The notes: generated from the letters alone by a model not told the origin. A stretch of DNA of 64,000 bases from Eledone cirrhosa (GCA_964016885.1 OZ024742.1:82336001-82400000); one strand, 5' to 3'; numbered from the stretch's first letter, positions 26,814 to 42,688 are shown. Numbers and translations: made by a program.

Positions 26814-27544
26814 GTGTGTGTGTGGTGTGTGTGTGTGTATTGATTGATTGATCAGGAGATGAGATAATGAGTGATTGAGATACAGAAATTGACATAGTTC
26901 AACTATGTATCGAAAATTGCATTGTTATCTTCAATGAGTGTCTGTATGTTGACACGGCCTATCAGATTCACAATTTTAAGTAACATTGAATTTTAAGAAT
27001 AATATCTAAATAATATAATTATACGTTATCTAAAGGATAATTAAATGTTTATATACCTTCTGGGGTTCCGCTGGGTGAAAGTGGGAGAGTCATATGAGTC
27101 CCAACACCCATTCACGCTTAATCATGCTAAACAACCGGAATGTATATGCTAGCATATTACTCGTCAATATTTTCGGCGTTTAAGGAAAAACATGGACTGT
27201 AATAATTCATTTATTACGCCTTTCGAAGTGAAGATACTTGGAGCAACAATTTTCCTCGCCTTTTTCCTTCTTGTTATTCCGGCTATTGTCGGATGTTATT
27301 TTACATTCATTTAAATCTATTATATAATTGCCGTCTATATATTCTATAGACCTTGTCACATTCATTTGCACTAATTACGACGGCTTGCAGATCAACACCT
27401 CCAAAACGAAATGTATGGCAACTGATAAAACAATGCCAATTGCAACTCACAATTAATCTGTTACAAGATATCTTGAAACAACAATGTAATGGTCGCTGTG
27501 CACTATTGCACTGCTCTGGGTTGGGCAGCTCTCAACAGGAATAA

Positions 27545-27930
27545 AACCTTGCTAACATCAAAATAAGTCTCTTATCATTCTAAGATTAAGTTATTAGACA
27601 CTTACGTACTACCTGTTTTGTTATATGGTCTAGATTTTGTTACCTGGATGACAAACTCATTTCAGAAGCTCTCTACATTCCAGAACTTCATCCTGAGACT
27701 TGTGACTAACAAACGACTCAGCCATTATATTTCTATCGATGAGATACTCAACATTCCCAAGCTTAAACCAATCAAAATAGTTATTAATTCAAGTGTACTT
27801 AAATTGTATGGACATATCAAAAGATCAATTCTTGGTGCGAGAAGTAAAGTTAGAAGTAAAGTTAGTCGGTAAGAGAAGCAAAGGTCGACAGAAAAAACGT
27901 TGGCTTGATAATGTCAACCCATAGGTCAGA
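27545..27930 (+). mobile_element. RTE-clade LINE 3' RT fragment
   Basis: YVLPVLLYG...FQNFILR...LKLYGHIKR...KGRQKKRWLDNV. Confidence 0.8.
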
Positions 27931-28140
27931 CTTGACTTTGCTCTTTAAACTCTGTTTGTTTGTGATCGAACTTTGTGTAAAATAATATCTCATGTCGATG
28001 CACAGGCTGCAATAGGCAGATTGACTGATCTTTCTAAACAGGTTGGTGCACTTTCGTTTACCAACTCAATTTATATAGATATAAATTAACCATACATTTT
28101 GGCTGCCAATATATCACTCAATTAATTATCACCACGAGCG

Positions 28141-28315
28141 GTGGATTGGCAGTATTGGTAGAGTGTCGGATGCCATGCTTTGGCGCATAGAGTTACGGCC
28201 CTTGCCATTCTGAATTCATTCCGAGGTTAACTTTGCCTTTCATCCTTACGGGGTCGATAAAATAAAGTACCAGTAATACACTGGGTGTTTGCTGGCCTTG
28301 TGCCTAACGTAGAAA
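28141..28315 (+). mobile_element. tRNA-derived MetaSINE-like SINE with target-site duplication
   Basis: Core gaggttaactttgcctttcatccttacggggtcgataaaataaagtaccagt; flanking repeat caattaattatcaccacgagcg at 28119-28140 and 28316-28337. Confidence 0.88.
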
Positions 28316-30422
28316 CAATTAATTATCACCACGAGCGTAAATTCCATGAAAATTCGTACGACCATTTGAGAGTAATACTAAGAGTGAATAAGTATACAAA
28401 CCCAAGTAATACACGTTTCCTTGTAGGCGGATGGATAATATGTTTACATGCCTACATATTAGATATGTGCATATATTTATACATATTGGTACGGTCTGGG
28501 TTACTCACTGTATTTATTTATATATATATATATATCGATATAACGTTATATATACTTATAGGCCTGTCCATAATCACGTTGACAGAGCGGATATGAGCAT
28601 GGATAGGAACATTTGCATTAATTTTAAATACCAACAATTCTCCAATTCTAGAGTGGATGTTCTGTAGGCAGCAGCCTGGCTACTGAAGCGGTCCATAGAT
28701 TTAACGACGTATGACACCTATTTTGATATTTTCTTCATTAAGTATTTGTACATTGGAACTGCCTTTTTTGCACGCACCTACGGACATTTCAAAAGCTTTA
28801 TTTCCCCTTAAATGTAAGTCTATATTTCATTATATGCGGCTGCCTTAGTTACAAAATCAAGATGGACCGTTTCTTGTGCCCTTGCGAATCACAACTAGTG
28901 TTTTTAAATTTCAGACAAGATGTTTCATCACGCAAATATTCAACCTCAACTATATGTATTTGCAAGTACTCACCATTAGGCAACGGCTACATTCCACAAG
29001 CTATTCTCATCGGACCAGACTCTATTGAACATATGGCTATCAAAATAAGGTAGAATCATTTTAAGCTGCATATCGTTAAAACGTTCCCAGATTTCAATTG
29101 CAAAGTAACAAATTTAGGCTCGTGCTCTTTAAAGAACATCTACCAGTAATACGCGCGTTCAACAAATTAGAATTTTCTTTTCATACATTTCATTTCATAC
29201 ATATCAACATGTATCAGTATCTCTGTTTCCTCTTTTAATTCAGTCTGAATAAATAAATTCAATTTTCAAAAATAATTGTACACATATTGTGTACGAATAT
29301 TGTACTCGTAATATTCCTATTCCATATTTTCAAGCCCTTTTAACAAACAATTCCCTCATTAATACTCTCCGAAACAAATGAAAAGTAAATAGAAATTATA
29401 TTGAGAAAAGACCACTTTCTAAATCATTTTGACGTCTTTCCCGAGATTAAACTTGTATAGAATGAATGCATCATAGCGGTATTTTAAATAAAGAAAAGGA
29501 GGAAATTAATATTTAATTTTTGAATACCTTTACTGTGGTTGTTGTCACCTCCCTCCTTCCTAGTGCAATATTAGGATCGCAAAGCAAAGTTGTAAATTAT
29601 AATGCCCAATACCTCAACATTTTATTGTTGGTGGAATACAAAATACAACTTCTGAAAATATAAAAAAATTATAAATGAACCAAAAATATATATACAAATG
29701 TTTTGTTTGAAAAATATCACAACTCAACAACAATAATAAATCTTATTGACATGTTTACGGCTATCTCTATGACAGTAATTAAATTTCAACTTGACTTCAC
29801 ATTTTAAAATATTATCGCCGCTCGTCATTTTTACTATTTTCTTGTTTCTGTTCTGCTGTTGGCTTAAAACACAGTATCATGCTGCAACTCTCACCGCAAT
29901 TCTCAAACCGTGTCTTTATAAAAATGAAGTAGAATAAAATGTAAAAATCTGCACCCTAATAAAACAAAAAATATATATGTAAACAAATAGAGAACCCAGT
30001 AACCAATATTAACTTTGACTCAAAATATAATCAATTAGATTTATTATATGGAATATTCGTGTCATAGAGACAGAATCATTTTACGAGGATCGGGTCAAAA
30101 TGAAAATCACTTTCTTAATACTTTCTCATTCCATTAAAACGAACAAGTATCAGAATCATATCTGTCTTCTATTTAATATTCTGTTGGAAATGTTCATGTT
30201 ATTCATGAGGATGCAATTCATACCTCACCTTGAAAAAAGGAAAGAGAGAGGGAGAGAGTAGGAGAGGAAAGAGTTAACGGAACGCCATTTTAATTATTGA
30301 AATATTTAGAACAAACGGACATATATGTGCATACAGTGATACCTTATACATATAATTATGTACATGCGTCTGTTTGTGTGTGGATCTGTGTATGCGTGTT
30401 AGTTTGTGTATGTTTTTTCGTG

Positions 30423-30469
<47 letters not shown>

Positions 30470-31625
30470 CACGCAAGCATCCATACATACATATATACAT
30501 AATCTAATTTCTAATGTCCTAAGTATAAATAGATTTAAAATTAAGAGTTAGGCTATAATTTTGTATTAAGGTGATTTTTGTTATTTTATCTTCAATGTTT
30601 TCCGTATTATGCGAAATATACTCTAGCATAACGAATATATTAATAGCTCTTTTCGATTCCCGAAATTATTCTACAAGTAATATTTATCATGGTAAAGATT
30701 TGTCACACTGTCACTATGTATTTAAACAATACATAATACCATATATAATATTATTTCAAAGAACTTGGCTGTGTTCTATATGTGTACAAAACAAGAAATA
30801 GTTTACACTGTCCTCCAGAAATTTAGAATGTAAAAAACATTCTCTATTGTTTTTGTAAGTTACTCACATTTTCTACGATCAATCTCATCCCCTCAAAGCA
30901 CTACTGTTCCTTGTATTCGTCTCGATGTTGATAATCCCCTTCTAGTTATGTCTACCAATACACACTTACCTCTCCCTGTGTTTCAGTTATTGTATTTTTT
31001 ATCACCATAGATCTAGCGAACACTATTCGACACATAATTATATACTTATGCGTCGGATATTTAAAATGTAATTTAACGCATTTTGTTTTTCGTTTTGTAT
31101 CATGCAGGAAGATGTTTGTCTGCTTTGTTGCTCACTGTGACGCAGAACAGACCTGCATTAGAACGACCAATCACTCAGGATGCTTTTAATTGTGAATCCC
31201 ACATCTCCACACTTCTTTTGTAACGTTACACTAATTCAGAGCGATACTCATCCGCTCAGGCGACTATAGTATTCTTATTTCGTCTCCTATTTCTTCTGTT
31301 TATTTACGATTAAAACTTCCTGTTTTCTCTTTCCTTGTCATTTTCGCTGTTTGTCTATGTTTCCATGGGTCTCTATGACCACGTTGGTCACACAATTTTC
31401 GGGTTAAATATAATATATTTAATATGAAAGTGCACATAAATTCTGTATCACCTTTGGCTGATTTGTTAGAAACTGTGGCAAGCCTTGGGCAACAAGTATC
31501 GTCGGAGGTGACTGAAAATGATTACGTCGGTTTATAAGGTCGTTGTTAGTAGAATTCTGTATCTGTTCCTAAATTTTCAATAATATGTGTGATGCAAGGT
31601 CCCATTCCTCATTTTTGCTGAATTG

Positions 31626-33099
<1,474 letters not shown>

Positions 33100-33207
33100 C
33101 AATTCAGCAAAAATGAGGAATGGGACCTTGCATCACACATATTATTGCAAATTTAGCAACAGATACAGAATTCTATTAACAACGACCTTATAAATCGACT
33201 ATACAAA

Positions 33208-33299
<92 letters not shown>

Positions 33300-33347
33300 G
33301 TATAAAGAAAATGAAAAATCATTGATGCATCTGGACTTCATTTATTG

Positions 33348-33438
33348 CGTGTTACAATTATTTCGCCTGCAGATAGCTCGAGACATTGTCCTTGTATAGA
33401 TCTGGCTGATTCTAGTTCTGCAGGTTCTTTCAGACATG
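33348..33438 (-). ncRNA. Hammerhead variant, CTGAAAGA core, 61-nt stem II domain
   Basis: CATGT-CTGAAAGA-aCCTGCAGA..TCTGCAGGc-GAAA-TAATTGTA^ACACG. Confidence 0.7.
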
Positions 33439-34402
33439 GGTATTTCGTTTGGAGCAAATATTATCAATGGGGTGTTATCATCAAAGTACACCCTCAAAAA
33501 ACCCTACTTCCACGCCCTCATGCTATTGACTGTTATTACTCCACGTCATCACAAGTTCTGATCAGTATTTACTGCCACAAGAGTCATCAACCATTTTCCG
33601 TCCAGCACATTTCGATTGAGTCATGCTAGGTTCAGTATCTCACACGTCTGTTCACACGTCAGAGTAAGCACACACACATAGCAATATACACACACATACA
33701 CACACCCATGCAGACACAGATAGATTTATGCATACACACACATACACCTACATGTGCAGACACACACGCAGCCACATAATACATATATGTATATATACAC
33801 ACACACACACACTCTCTCCCTCATTTCCACAGACACAGTCACACCCACTTGTAGATACATATAGGCACAAGCCTTATGACGGCTGCTAAATTCGCGTCAT
33901 GTATCCGGTGGGATAAGCATGGCCTACTCAAACATACACATATATACATACATAGGCGCGCACACATACATAGGCCCAACATTATATACATTTATATATA
34001 TATATATATATACACACTCTCATACACACACATATATGTATACACACATGCATACACATACATACATATACACACACATATGTATATATATATACATATA
34101 TATACATACATACACACATATATCTATATACTCACACATGCCCACATATACATACAAAATACACATACATATACCTACGCATATGCCGACCTATTTACAT
34201 CTATATATGCATACCCACACGTGCTGCCACATGCATACACCTGCACATATGCATATTTGCCTACACATACATGTGCTTCCACATATACACATATAAACAA
34301 AACCGTAAATTAAAAGTTAAAAATACATTATACAATAAAAAACACTATATACCATAAACTAACGGTAAACTAACGTAACATAAAATATAAAATATAATAT
34401 AC

Positions 34403-34466
<64 letters not shown>

Positions 34467-34712
34467 GTATATATATACACATATACATACACACACACAC
34501 ATGTACACAGATTCATACATACATATACGGACATAAACAAAGGATATGTGATAAAGTAATACAACAAGAATAATAGTAATAATCAAAAGCATATATACTC
34601 CATATATAATCATCCGCACACATTCCTGTGAGATGCAAATAAACACCTACATGTATGCGCAAATACACATACACACATATAGAAGCCCACATATGCATAC
34701 ACCCGCACCTAC

Positions 34713-34743
<31 letters not shown>

Positions 34744-35296
34744 TATACATATACATACACACTTGCTCACCCACACACACACCTATTCATACGTGGCTAT
34801 ACGTACATACGACCACATATATAGACAACATATATATATATATATATTCATATATACACATATATACACACATTCTGGCACATATGTACATACATGCACA
34901 TGCATGTCTGCACATACACGCGCATATAAGCTCATGCACACACGCACCCAATGCCCATATACACCCCCAGCACACACCCACTTATATATATATATATACA
35001 CATCTACACACACATACATCTACCTACGCACAGGTCCACACATAAAAACACCCGAATATAAACACACTATGATAATAAACAAAATAATTAAATAAATTTG
35101 CAATATTTGAGGGTACATTAAAATATGTATGTAACTACATAGATAGGTACAAGAAAAAAGGGGTAAAATCAAAAAACGGGTGGAGGTACAGGAGAAGGTG
35201 CGTGTGTCCATGTGATATACTACAAACAGGTAGTATGAGTTGCAAACTTGTGTCCGTATATAGAACAGGTAACAGTAAGAGAACAATAATAGAACA

Positions 35297-35400
35297 ATAA
35301 TTGTTTCTACTTTTGGCACAAGGCCATCAAATACCCAGTACATTACTGGTACTTTATTTTATCGACCCCGTAAGGATGAAAGGCAAAGTCAACCTCGGCG
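35297..35400 (-). mobile_element. MetaSINE-like SINE, 3' half
   Basis: Core and tail motifs on the minus strand. Confidence 0.85.
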
Positions 35401-37332
35401 GATAATGTATGTTTAATATATTTGGCAATATTCCGGCAATCGCTGGACCAGCAATCGCTCTGTATAATCAGATCCTGATTATTACTGGAATTCCAAGTAC
35501 CTGAAGGTTGAAGGCCAGTGTGCGCCATCTTCACCGGGTTAGTTTTAGCCATGTAGTCAGCCATATTAGGCGCCGTGGAGAAGGAACATTTCACCGTGTG
35601 CCGCTTGAAGATTCTGTGGTACTTGTTTGTCGGCGGTAGGCACTTATTCAGCGCTCAGAAGAAAAGTCCTTGCACGTTGGTGCGTACATGTTTGGAGTAA
35701 GGCGCATTGAACCAGGTAACGGCCTTAGATCTGTTCCTTCTTGTGCGTTGGTACTTGTTAGTGTGTCCAGGACTCGATGTCCGTCCAGTGTTCGGCCCAA
35801 CCACAATTTCGTCACGTGTGTTGTCTCTGTCTATTTGCCCGCTAAATGCGTCGTGGTTATGCTCTACAGTTATACAGTTACGTCGTTCTATGTGGTCATC
35901 TATACGTCTATTGCCCTTAGGTCTATGTGATGCTGTTGTCGGTGATGTAGCACTATAACCAGGCTGGTCGTGTGCCCCGTTCGTATTTGTCGAAGTCCTG
36001 TCCATGGTGCCAGTTCCCGCGAGGTATGCAGTGTGCGTGCTAGACCCATGCCTCCGTGTACTGGGTGGTCTGGCTCCTATAGGTGCCTTAGTCCTACCTT
36101 GGGTCGGTCCTGAGTCATTAATGCTAGTTGTGTTGTTATTTCTGTTCCTGGATACTGATACTGTGTCAATTCTTCTACCTAATGAGGCGCCCTCGCTATT
36201 GGCATTTCTCCACGACTTATCACTAGGCTCTACTCCGTTCAGGGTATATATTATGGTGTCTTTGTAACCGGCCCTACGCAGTGCCTCATTATAATATTTG
36301 GCGTGCTGTTTAAACACTTCTGCGTTCGACGCCAGGGTGGATACGCGTTTGGATACCCCTTTAACTATGGCTTCTATGACTGACTTAAGGTGATTCGATA
36401 GCCTGTTCACATATTGCACGTTTTCGTTGGGCTTATGGTACGGTCTGTGGATGCCCGTATTCATTTCCAAGGTAACGTCCAGGAAATTGACCGACTTAGT
36501 GCTAGTGTCTATTGTCACAGATAAGCCGTGTTGTTTAAAATTATGCGATATGCGCTTCCTCATTCGCTCCATCTGACTGGGGTTAAGGGAACGGAAGGTG
36601 AAAAGTGCGTCGTCTCCGTATATTGCACCTCCGATACCCGGGAACTCCTCCGTAAGCCTATGGATGAGATATATCCCCACAAGGTCGGTCACTGCGCCGA
36701 GTCACTTGACCCCATGGTGATATCGAAACTGTCGGGTTTGTCCCTCCTCTCCCATAAATTGTCTTCGAAACTAATTAGCGTCTTTCTGGCTGCTACTATG
36801 CGATTAGTCTCGTTCCTAGTGAGGCTAGATCTGGCCCTGGCGCTTATGAGGGCCTTATTGACTAGTATCGGAGATACTGACGCGTAATAGCTATCTATGT
36901 CTAACTGAATAAAATTTACTTTATTATTTGTCAGCTATTAACGAGAATCAGTCAATTACCTCCTTAGTGGAGGTCCATAGGCTAAGCTTAGTTTTGTTTC
37001 TAAGTACCGGTATTATCCTATCTATAATATTCTTGCTGGTGCTGCCTAGGTCGGATTCGGAGGGTGCTATTAACCTAACCTGTAGTTTAGTTTTAAAGTC
37101 AACTTTATGGTCCTTAATAGATATTCCGTGGTTTTCTAGGTACATATACTCGGTCCTCTCCTCTAGTGCTAGCTCCGTCAGTATACTTATTGTCGTGGCG
37201 TTAATACTATCTAAATTTGTCTGACCTGTGGTCCTATACTTTTTCCTAATCTCTTTCAATCGTGACTATATACTCTCAACCAGTTCCACTTTGGAACAAT
37301 GATTATTACTATCATTATTGTTCTATTTACGG

Positions 37333-37450
37333 TTTGAGTTCAAATCCCGCTGAGGTTAACTTTGCCTTTCATCCTTGCGGGGTCGATAAAATAAAGTACC
37401 AGTAATGTACTGGGTAATTGCTGGCCTTGTGCCTAAAGTAGAAACAATTA
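37333..37450 (+). mobile_element. MetaSINE-like SINE, 3' half (mirror of 35297-35400)
   Basis: gagttcaaatcccgctgaggttaactttgcctttcatcc. Confidence 0.85.
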
Positions 37451-37897
37451 TTGTTCTATTATTGTTCTGTTACTGTTACCTGTTCTATACACGGACACAA
37501 GTTTGCACTTCATACTACCTGTGTGTAATATATCACATGGACACACGCACCTTCTCCTGTACCTCCCCACCAAGTTTTTTTTTATTTTACACGTTTTTTT
37601 TTATTTTACCCCTTTTTTTCTTGTACCTATTTATGCAGTTACATACAGATTTTCATGTACCCTAAAATATTGAAAATGTATTTATTTATTTTGTTTTATT
37701 ATCATATTGTGTTTATATTCGCGTGTTTTTATGTGTGGAACTGTGCGTACGTATATATATGTGTGTATATATATGTGTATATATGAATATCTAAATATAT
37801 GTATGTATGTCTATATATGTGTGCCGATGTACGTATAGGCACGTATGAGTAGGTGTGTGTGTGTGGATGAGTAAGTGATTATATATATGTATATGTT

Positions 37898-37957
<60 letters not shown>

Positions 37958-38090
37958 GGGGGGGGGGGGGTCGGGTGTATGCATATGTGGGCCTCTATAT
38001 ATGTGTATGTGTATTTGTGCATACATGTAGGTGTTTATGTGCATCTCACAGGAATGTGTGCGGATGATTATATATGGAGTATATATGCTT

Positions 38091-38275
38091 TCGGTGGATT
38101 GGCAGTATCGGTAGAGGGTCGGACGCCATGCTTTCCAGCATAGTTACGTCCCCTTACGATCTGAGTTCAAATCCCGCCGAGGTTGACTTTGCCTTTCATC
38201 CTTACGGGGTCGATAAAACAAAGTACCAGTAATGCACTGGGTAATTGCTGGCCTTGTGCCTAAAGTAGAAACAAT
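38091..38275 (+). mobile_element. Full-length MetaSINE-like SINE
   Basis: tRNA-like head, GAGTTCAAATCC B box, core, tail; empty site in the other arm near 34585. Confidence 0.9.
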
Positions 38276-38578
38276 TATTACTATTATTCTTGTTGTATTA
38301 CTTTATCACATATCCTTTGTATATATCCGTATATATATGTATGAATCTGTGTACATGAGTGTGTGTGCATGTATATATATATATATATATATAGATATAG
38401 ATATATATGGGGATATATATACATATATATATAGATATAGATATATATGGGGATATATATACATATATATATATGTGTGTGTAGGGGGGTACGTACGTGT
38501 GTATGTAATGTGTGTGTACGTATGTGTATTTTGTATGCATGTGTGGGCATGTGTGAGTATATATATATATGTGTGTAG

Positions 38579-38625
<47 letters not shown>

Positions 38626-38663
38626 ATTAAATAAATGGAAACTATATTTATAAAACCATATTT

Positions 38664-38727
38664 ATTTCATTATATATATTTCAGGGATAACATATTAACA
38701 ATATGCTATGCCTTCCTCAGACAAAAT
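38664..38727 (-). ncRNA. Type I hammerhead (3' pLTR)
   Basis: Mirror of 42625-42688. Confidence 0.8.
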
Positions 38728-39080
38728 ACAATATAAACAGTTTTATAGATAAATAGATTCGACATACCGTAACAACATCTACTTGCATTTGAGAAGGTTG
38801 ATTTGGTTGTGACAAAATTGTACACAGACAGAAAGAAAGAGAAAGAGAAAGAGAGAAAAAAAGAGAGAAAAAAAAGGAAAGAAAGACAGAAAACGAAGAA
38901 AAAGAAAAAGAAGAAATGCATGGAACAAAATAGAGAGATGGAAAGATAGATAAAGAGAAGAACTTCATGTAAAGAAACAGAAAGAGATATATATATATAG
39001 AGAGAGAGGAAATAGAGATAGATACATATATAGAAAGCTAGGTAGTGGGACGACTGTTGAATAACGTATCAATGATACAT

Positions 39081-39115
<35 letters not shown>

Positions 39116-40833
39116 GCTCTAGTATTAATGTAAGGGAAATATATGGAGGGAAAACCAGCTGTTATATAGGGAGAGAAAAAATATAGAGAGAGAAAAAAAG
39201 AGAGAGAGAAAATTCAAAAATATCCAGACACAGGCGAGGCGTAACAACCTCTGTTTTAATGTAGAGGTATTAGTATTTACAAAACCAGCCTCTGCATTGC
39301 AAATATCAGTATTCCTGAATGAGATATGTATCCACAGTGTGTGAAAATTAATGATCTTATGTTTAGTTTTTTTTAAAAATTCATATGTTTATGTGATAAT
39401 TACAAACATCTATGTGAATGTACATGATCAATTCTGCAAACCCTAAGTTCACGGAAAGTATTCTCAATGCGGTATTTAAATTTAAGTTTACATATATGTG
39501 TATATAGAGTCAATATTACTATTTCTGTCTCAACTCTACAAGATTATCTATCAAGCAAAGATAGAGCAGATTTCAATATACTAATAAAAATAAAAATAAA
39601 AATATAAATAAAAATATATCGGAAACAAAACTAAACTAAAAATAACAATAATAATAATAATAATAAGTAATAATAAAATAGAAAACTAAGAAATATTACG
39701 AAAGAATATTACATATTAAAAATATTACATATTAAAAAATTTACGTATTAAAAATATTAAAAATAAAAATTAGGAAATACTACAGTAATAAAAATAAAAT
39801 AAACCACAAAGATCAACCCTTCAAAAATTAATTGACAATATATTGCCAAGTTCATTATAAACATCAGAGTCGAAAAACAGATAAAGCCAAAAATTATCTA
39901 TCAAATTGCATCTAGCAAAGATCATTTCAAAAAGTATAGGATGCCCAATTTGGTCTACATGTGTTCTTATATTTAATATAGATGTTTATCTAGTGTAACG
40001 TTTATTCGAAATATTTGGAGCATCAATTTTTAGGATAGCTTAATTTTTCATGAAGAATGTTTAAATAAATAAAATAAAAATAAAAAGAGTAAAAAGAGAA
40101 TCAAAGATTTATCGGCTAGTTTCCCATATAATTATAAATCAAACTAAATATACTACATTTTAAATTTAAATTTATATTTAAACGTTGAGTTTAATCTATG
40201 TTTGCAACAACTGAATAAATTTGTCCGTAGATTAAGGGAATTTTTAGATTTTAGTATAAAGAATATCTCCTCTGCGCAGAGGTCACATGTCTCAGAGGAT
40301 GAATTAAAAGGAATCCCTCTTGAGACTATATTCCAAGCCGTCGAATATCTAACGTTATCTAGCTTAAGTTGCCATAGTACGCCTGATAGTGCCGTTGAAG
40401 ATTTTTTACTTGGATCTGTGAAAGAATTCTTGTGGTTATTATAGCGAAGTTTAAATTCCGTCGATGTGGAACCGACGTAGTTAAAAGAATTAGAGTCAGT
40501 ATTAACATTACAATTGTATACTATATTTTTAACTAAGCAGTTGTTATTTAACGGACATTTAGTTCTATCTCTACAGTTACATTTGTTAACTTGTATATTA
40601 TTTATGCTGTTATCACTAGGTTTTAAGTTCCTATTATTTATTCTATTGATATTTTGTGCTAAATTTTTGGTGGATGAGTAGGTTAATTTAATTGTATGTC
40701 TATTGAAAATTGAGTGATATCTATGTGTTCTAGGGAAGCGATTATCAAGAGCTTTAAAAATAGTTTAGCGATGTGGGTTTTAATGTTTAGTGAGAAAGGG
40801 GGGGGCAAACCAAATTATGTTCCTAGTTCTATT

Positions 40834-42027
40834 TCATTTTTGGCCTTTGGAATTATTGTAATGCTTTCTATTATAGTTGTTAAGGATGTTGCCGTAATTA
40901 AAAAAGTTGTTACTTTGTTTAGTTTGTCTATCATTATCTATGTACACAATCTTATCAGCATATCCTGCTCCAACTAATGCTTCATTGTAGTATTGGCCTT
41001 TTTCGTCGAAAATCTTTCTATTCGACGAGATCCTAGAGATACGTTTTTGGACAGAGTTTACTATAGTATTTTTGACAAATCTGGGGTGGTTAGAGTTAAA
41101 GTTTACATAGTTTAAGTTTTCATTCAACTTGTGAAAAGGATAGTGAAGACATGTGTTGAGATTTAATGTTATATCTAGGAAATTGACTATTCTATGGTTG
41201 TTTTCAATTTCTATTTTAAGATTAAAGTAATTAAAAAATTGTGTAATTTGTTTACATTTTCTATTTAGTTCAGAGTTATTATTATCAATAAGTAAAAGCA
41301 TGTCGTCTCTATATAAACCTCCGGTAGTACCGGGTATTTTCCTATGTAGCGAATTGATTAAAAATAAACCCACAAGGTCAGTTACCTGGGCTGAGTCGGA
41401 TGATCCCATAGTAATGTCAAAATTGCTATCTCTATCTGCTCTGGTCCATAGTTGGTCATTAAATTCTATCAAAGTTTTCCTAGCCGATAATATAATATGT
41501 ATTTCATTGCTAGTTAGGTCAGTATGTTTGAATGCGTAATTTAGTGCCTTATTTAGTAGATTAGGGGTAATAGAAGAATAATAGTTAGCTATATCAAGTT
41601 GAATAAACTTATTATTATTGTTATATTTAATTTGCTTAAACCACTCAACGACTTCTCCAGTTCCCTTCCACAAGCTCAGGTTAGATAAACAATCCAAGTT
41701 CTTAATTTGCTGTATCACCCTGTCAAGAATGTTTTTGCTTAATTTGCCCAGGTCCGATTTTGATGGTGCGATCAATCTAACTGGCAGGTCATTTTCAAAA
41801 TTCCGCTTGTGATCTTTCATATTGATCTTCGGTTTCCTGGGCACGAAAGGTTGTGTTCTGTTCTCAATTTCCAACTCGTGCATTATACAAGATGCTTCAA
41901 CATTCATTTTCTCAAGCTCGGCCTTATCTGCTACCTTGTACTTTTTCCTCAGCTCTTTCAGTATGAGGCCATTATACATGTCTTTCTGCACTCCATAGAT
42001 GTTGTTGGTCTTGTCAGATTTCACCAA
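40834..42027 (-). CDS. PLE reverse transcriptase (5'-truncated, frameshift before the endonuclease)
   Basis: SDKTNNIY, VRLIAPSKSDLG, FIQLDIANYYSSI, FDITMGSSDSAQ, GGLYRDD, VNFLDITL. Confidence 0.88.
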   Translation of the reverse strand: MVKSDKTNNIYGVQKDMYNGLILKELRKKYKVADKAELEKMNVEASCIMHELEIENRTQPFVPRKPKINMKDHKRNFENDLPVRLIAPSKSDLGKLSKNILDRVIQQIKNLDCLSNLSLWKGTGEVVEWFKQIKYNNNNKFIQLDIANYYSSITPNLLNKALNYAFKHTDLTSNEIHIILSARKTLIEFNDQLWTRADRDSNFDITMGSSDSAQVTDLVGLFLINSLHRKIPGTTGGLYRDDMLLLIDNNNSELNRKCKQITQFFNYFNLKIEIENNHRIVNFLDITLNLNTCLHYPFHKLNENLNYVNFNSNHPRFVKNTIVNSVQKRISRISSNRKIFDEKGQYYNEALVGAGYADKIVYIDNDRQTKQSNNFFNYGNILNNYNRKHYNNSKGQK

Positions 42028-42624
42028 GATCTTCTCAGTTTTCTCTAAGCTCTCAATGTTATCCTTAATGCCTTTCAGATATTCCTGGCCTTTACCTCTA
42101 TATTAAAACAGAGGTTGTTACGCCTCGCCTGTGTCTGGATATTTTTGAATTTTCTCTCTCTCTTTTTTTCTCTCTCTATATTTTTTTCTCTCCCTATATA
42201 ACAGCTGGTTTTCCCTCCATATATGTCCCTTACATTAATACTAGAGCTAAATAAATAAATAAATAAATAAATGTATCATTGATACGTTATTCAACAGTCG
42301 TCCCACTACCTAGCTTTCTATATATGTATCTATCTCTATTTCCTCTCTCTCTCTATATATATATATCCTTCTGTTTCTTTACATGAAGTTCTTCTCTTTA
42401 TCTATCTTTCCATCTCTCTATTTTGTTCCATGCATTTCTTCTTTTTCTTTTTCTTCGTTTTCTGTCTTTCTTTCCTTTTTTTTTCTCTCTTTTTTTCTCT
42501 CTTTCTCTCTCTCTTTCTTTCTGTCTGTGTACAATTTTGTCACAACCAAATCAACCTTCTCAAATGCAAGTAGATGTTGTTACGGTATGTCGAATCTATT
42601 TATCTTTAAAACTGTTTATCTTGT

Positions 42625-42688
42625 ATTTTGTCTGAGGAAGGCATAGCATATTGTTAATATGTTACCCCTGAAATATATATAATGAAAT
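42625..42688 (+). ncRNA. Type I hammerhead (inverted pLTR)
   Basis: ATTTTGT-CTGAGGA-AGG..TAGCATATT gtt AATATGTTA..CCT-GAAA-TATATATA^ATGAAAT. Confidence 0.82.

Larger units (their letters stand above)
33298..37270 (-). mobile_element. Hydra-like PLE, 5'-truncated, endonuclease missing, long microsatellite-rich 3' arm
   Basis: ORFs 36948-37259 (VRLIAPSESDLG) and 35655-36692 (DLVGIYL, AIYGDD, VNFLDVTL, WFNAPYS); coding joins a SINE at 35400. Confidence 0.88.

Noticed and set aside
38091-38180. tRNA gene
   Set aside because: A/B-box head continues into SINE core and tail; no cloverleaf
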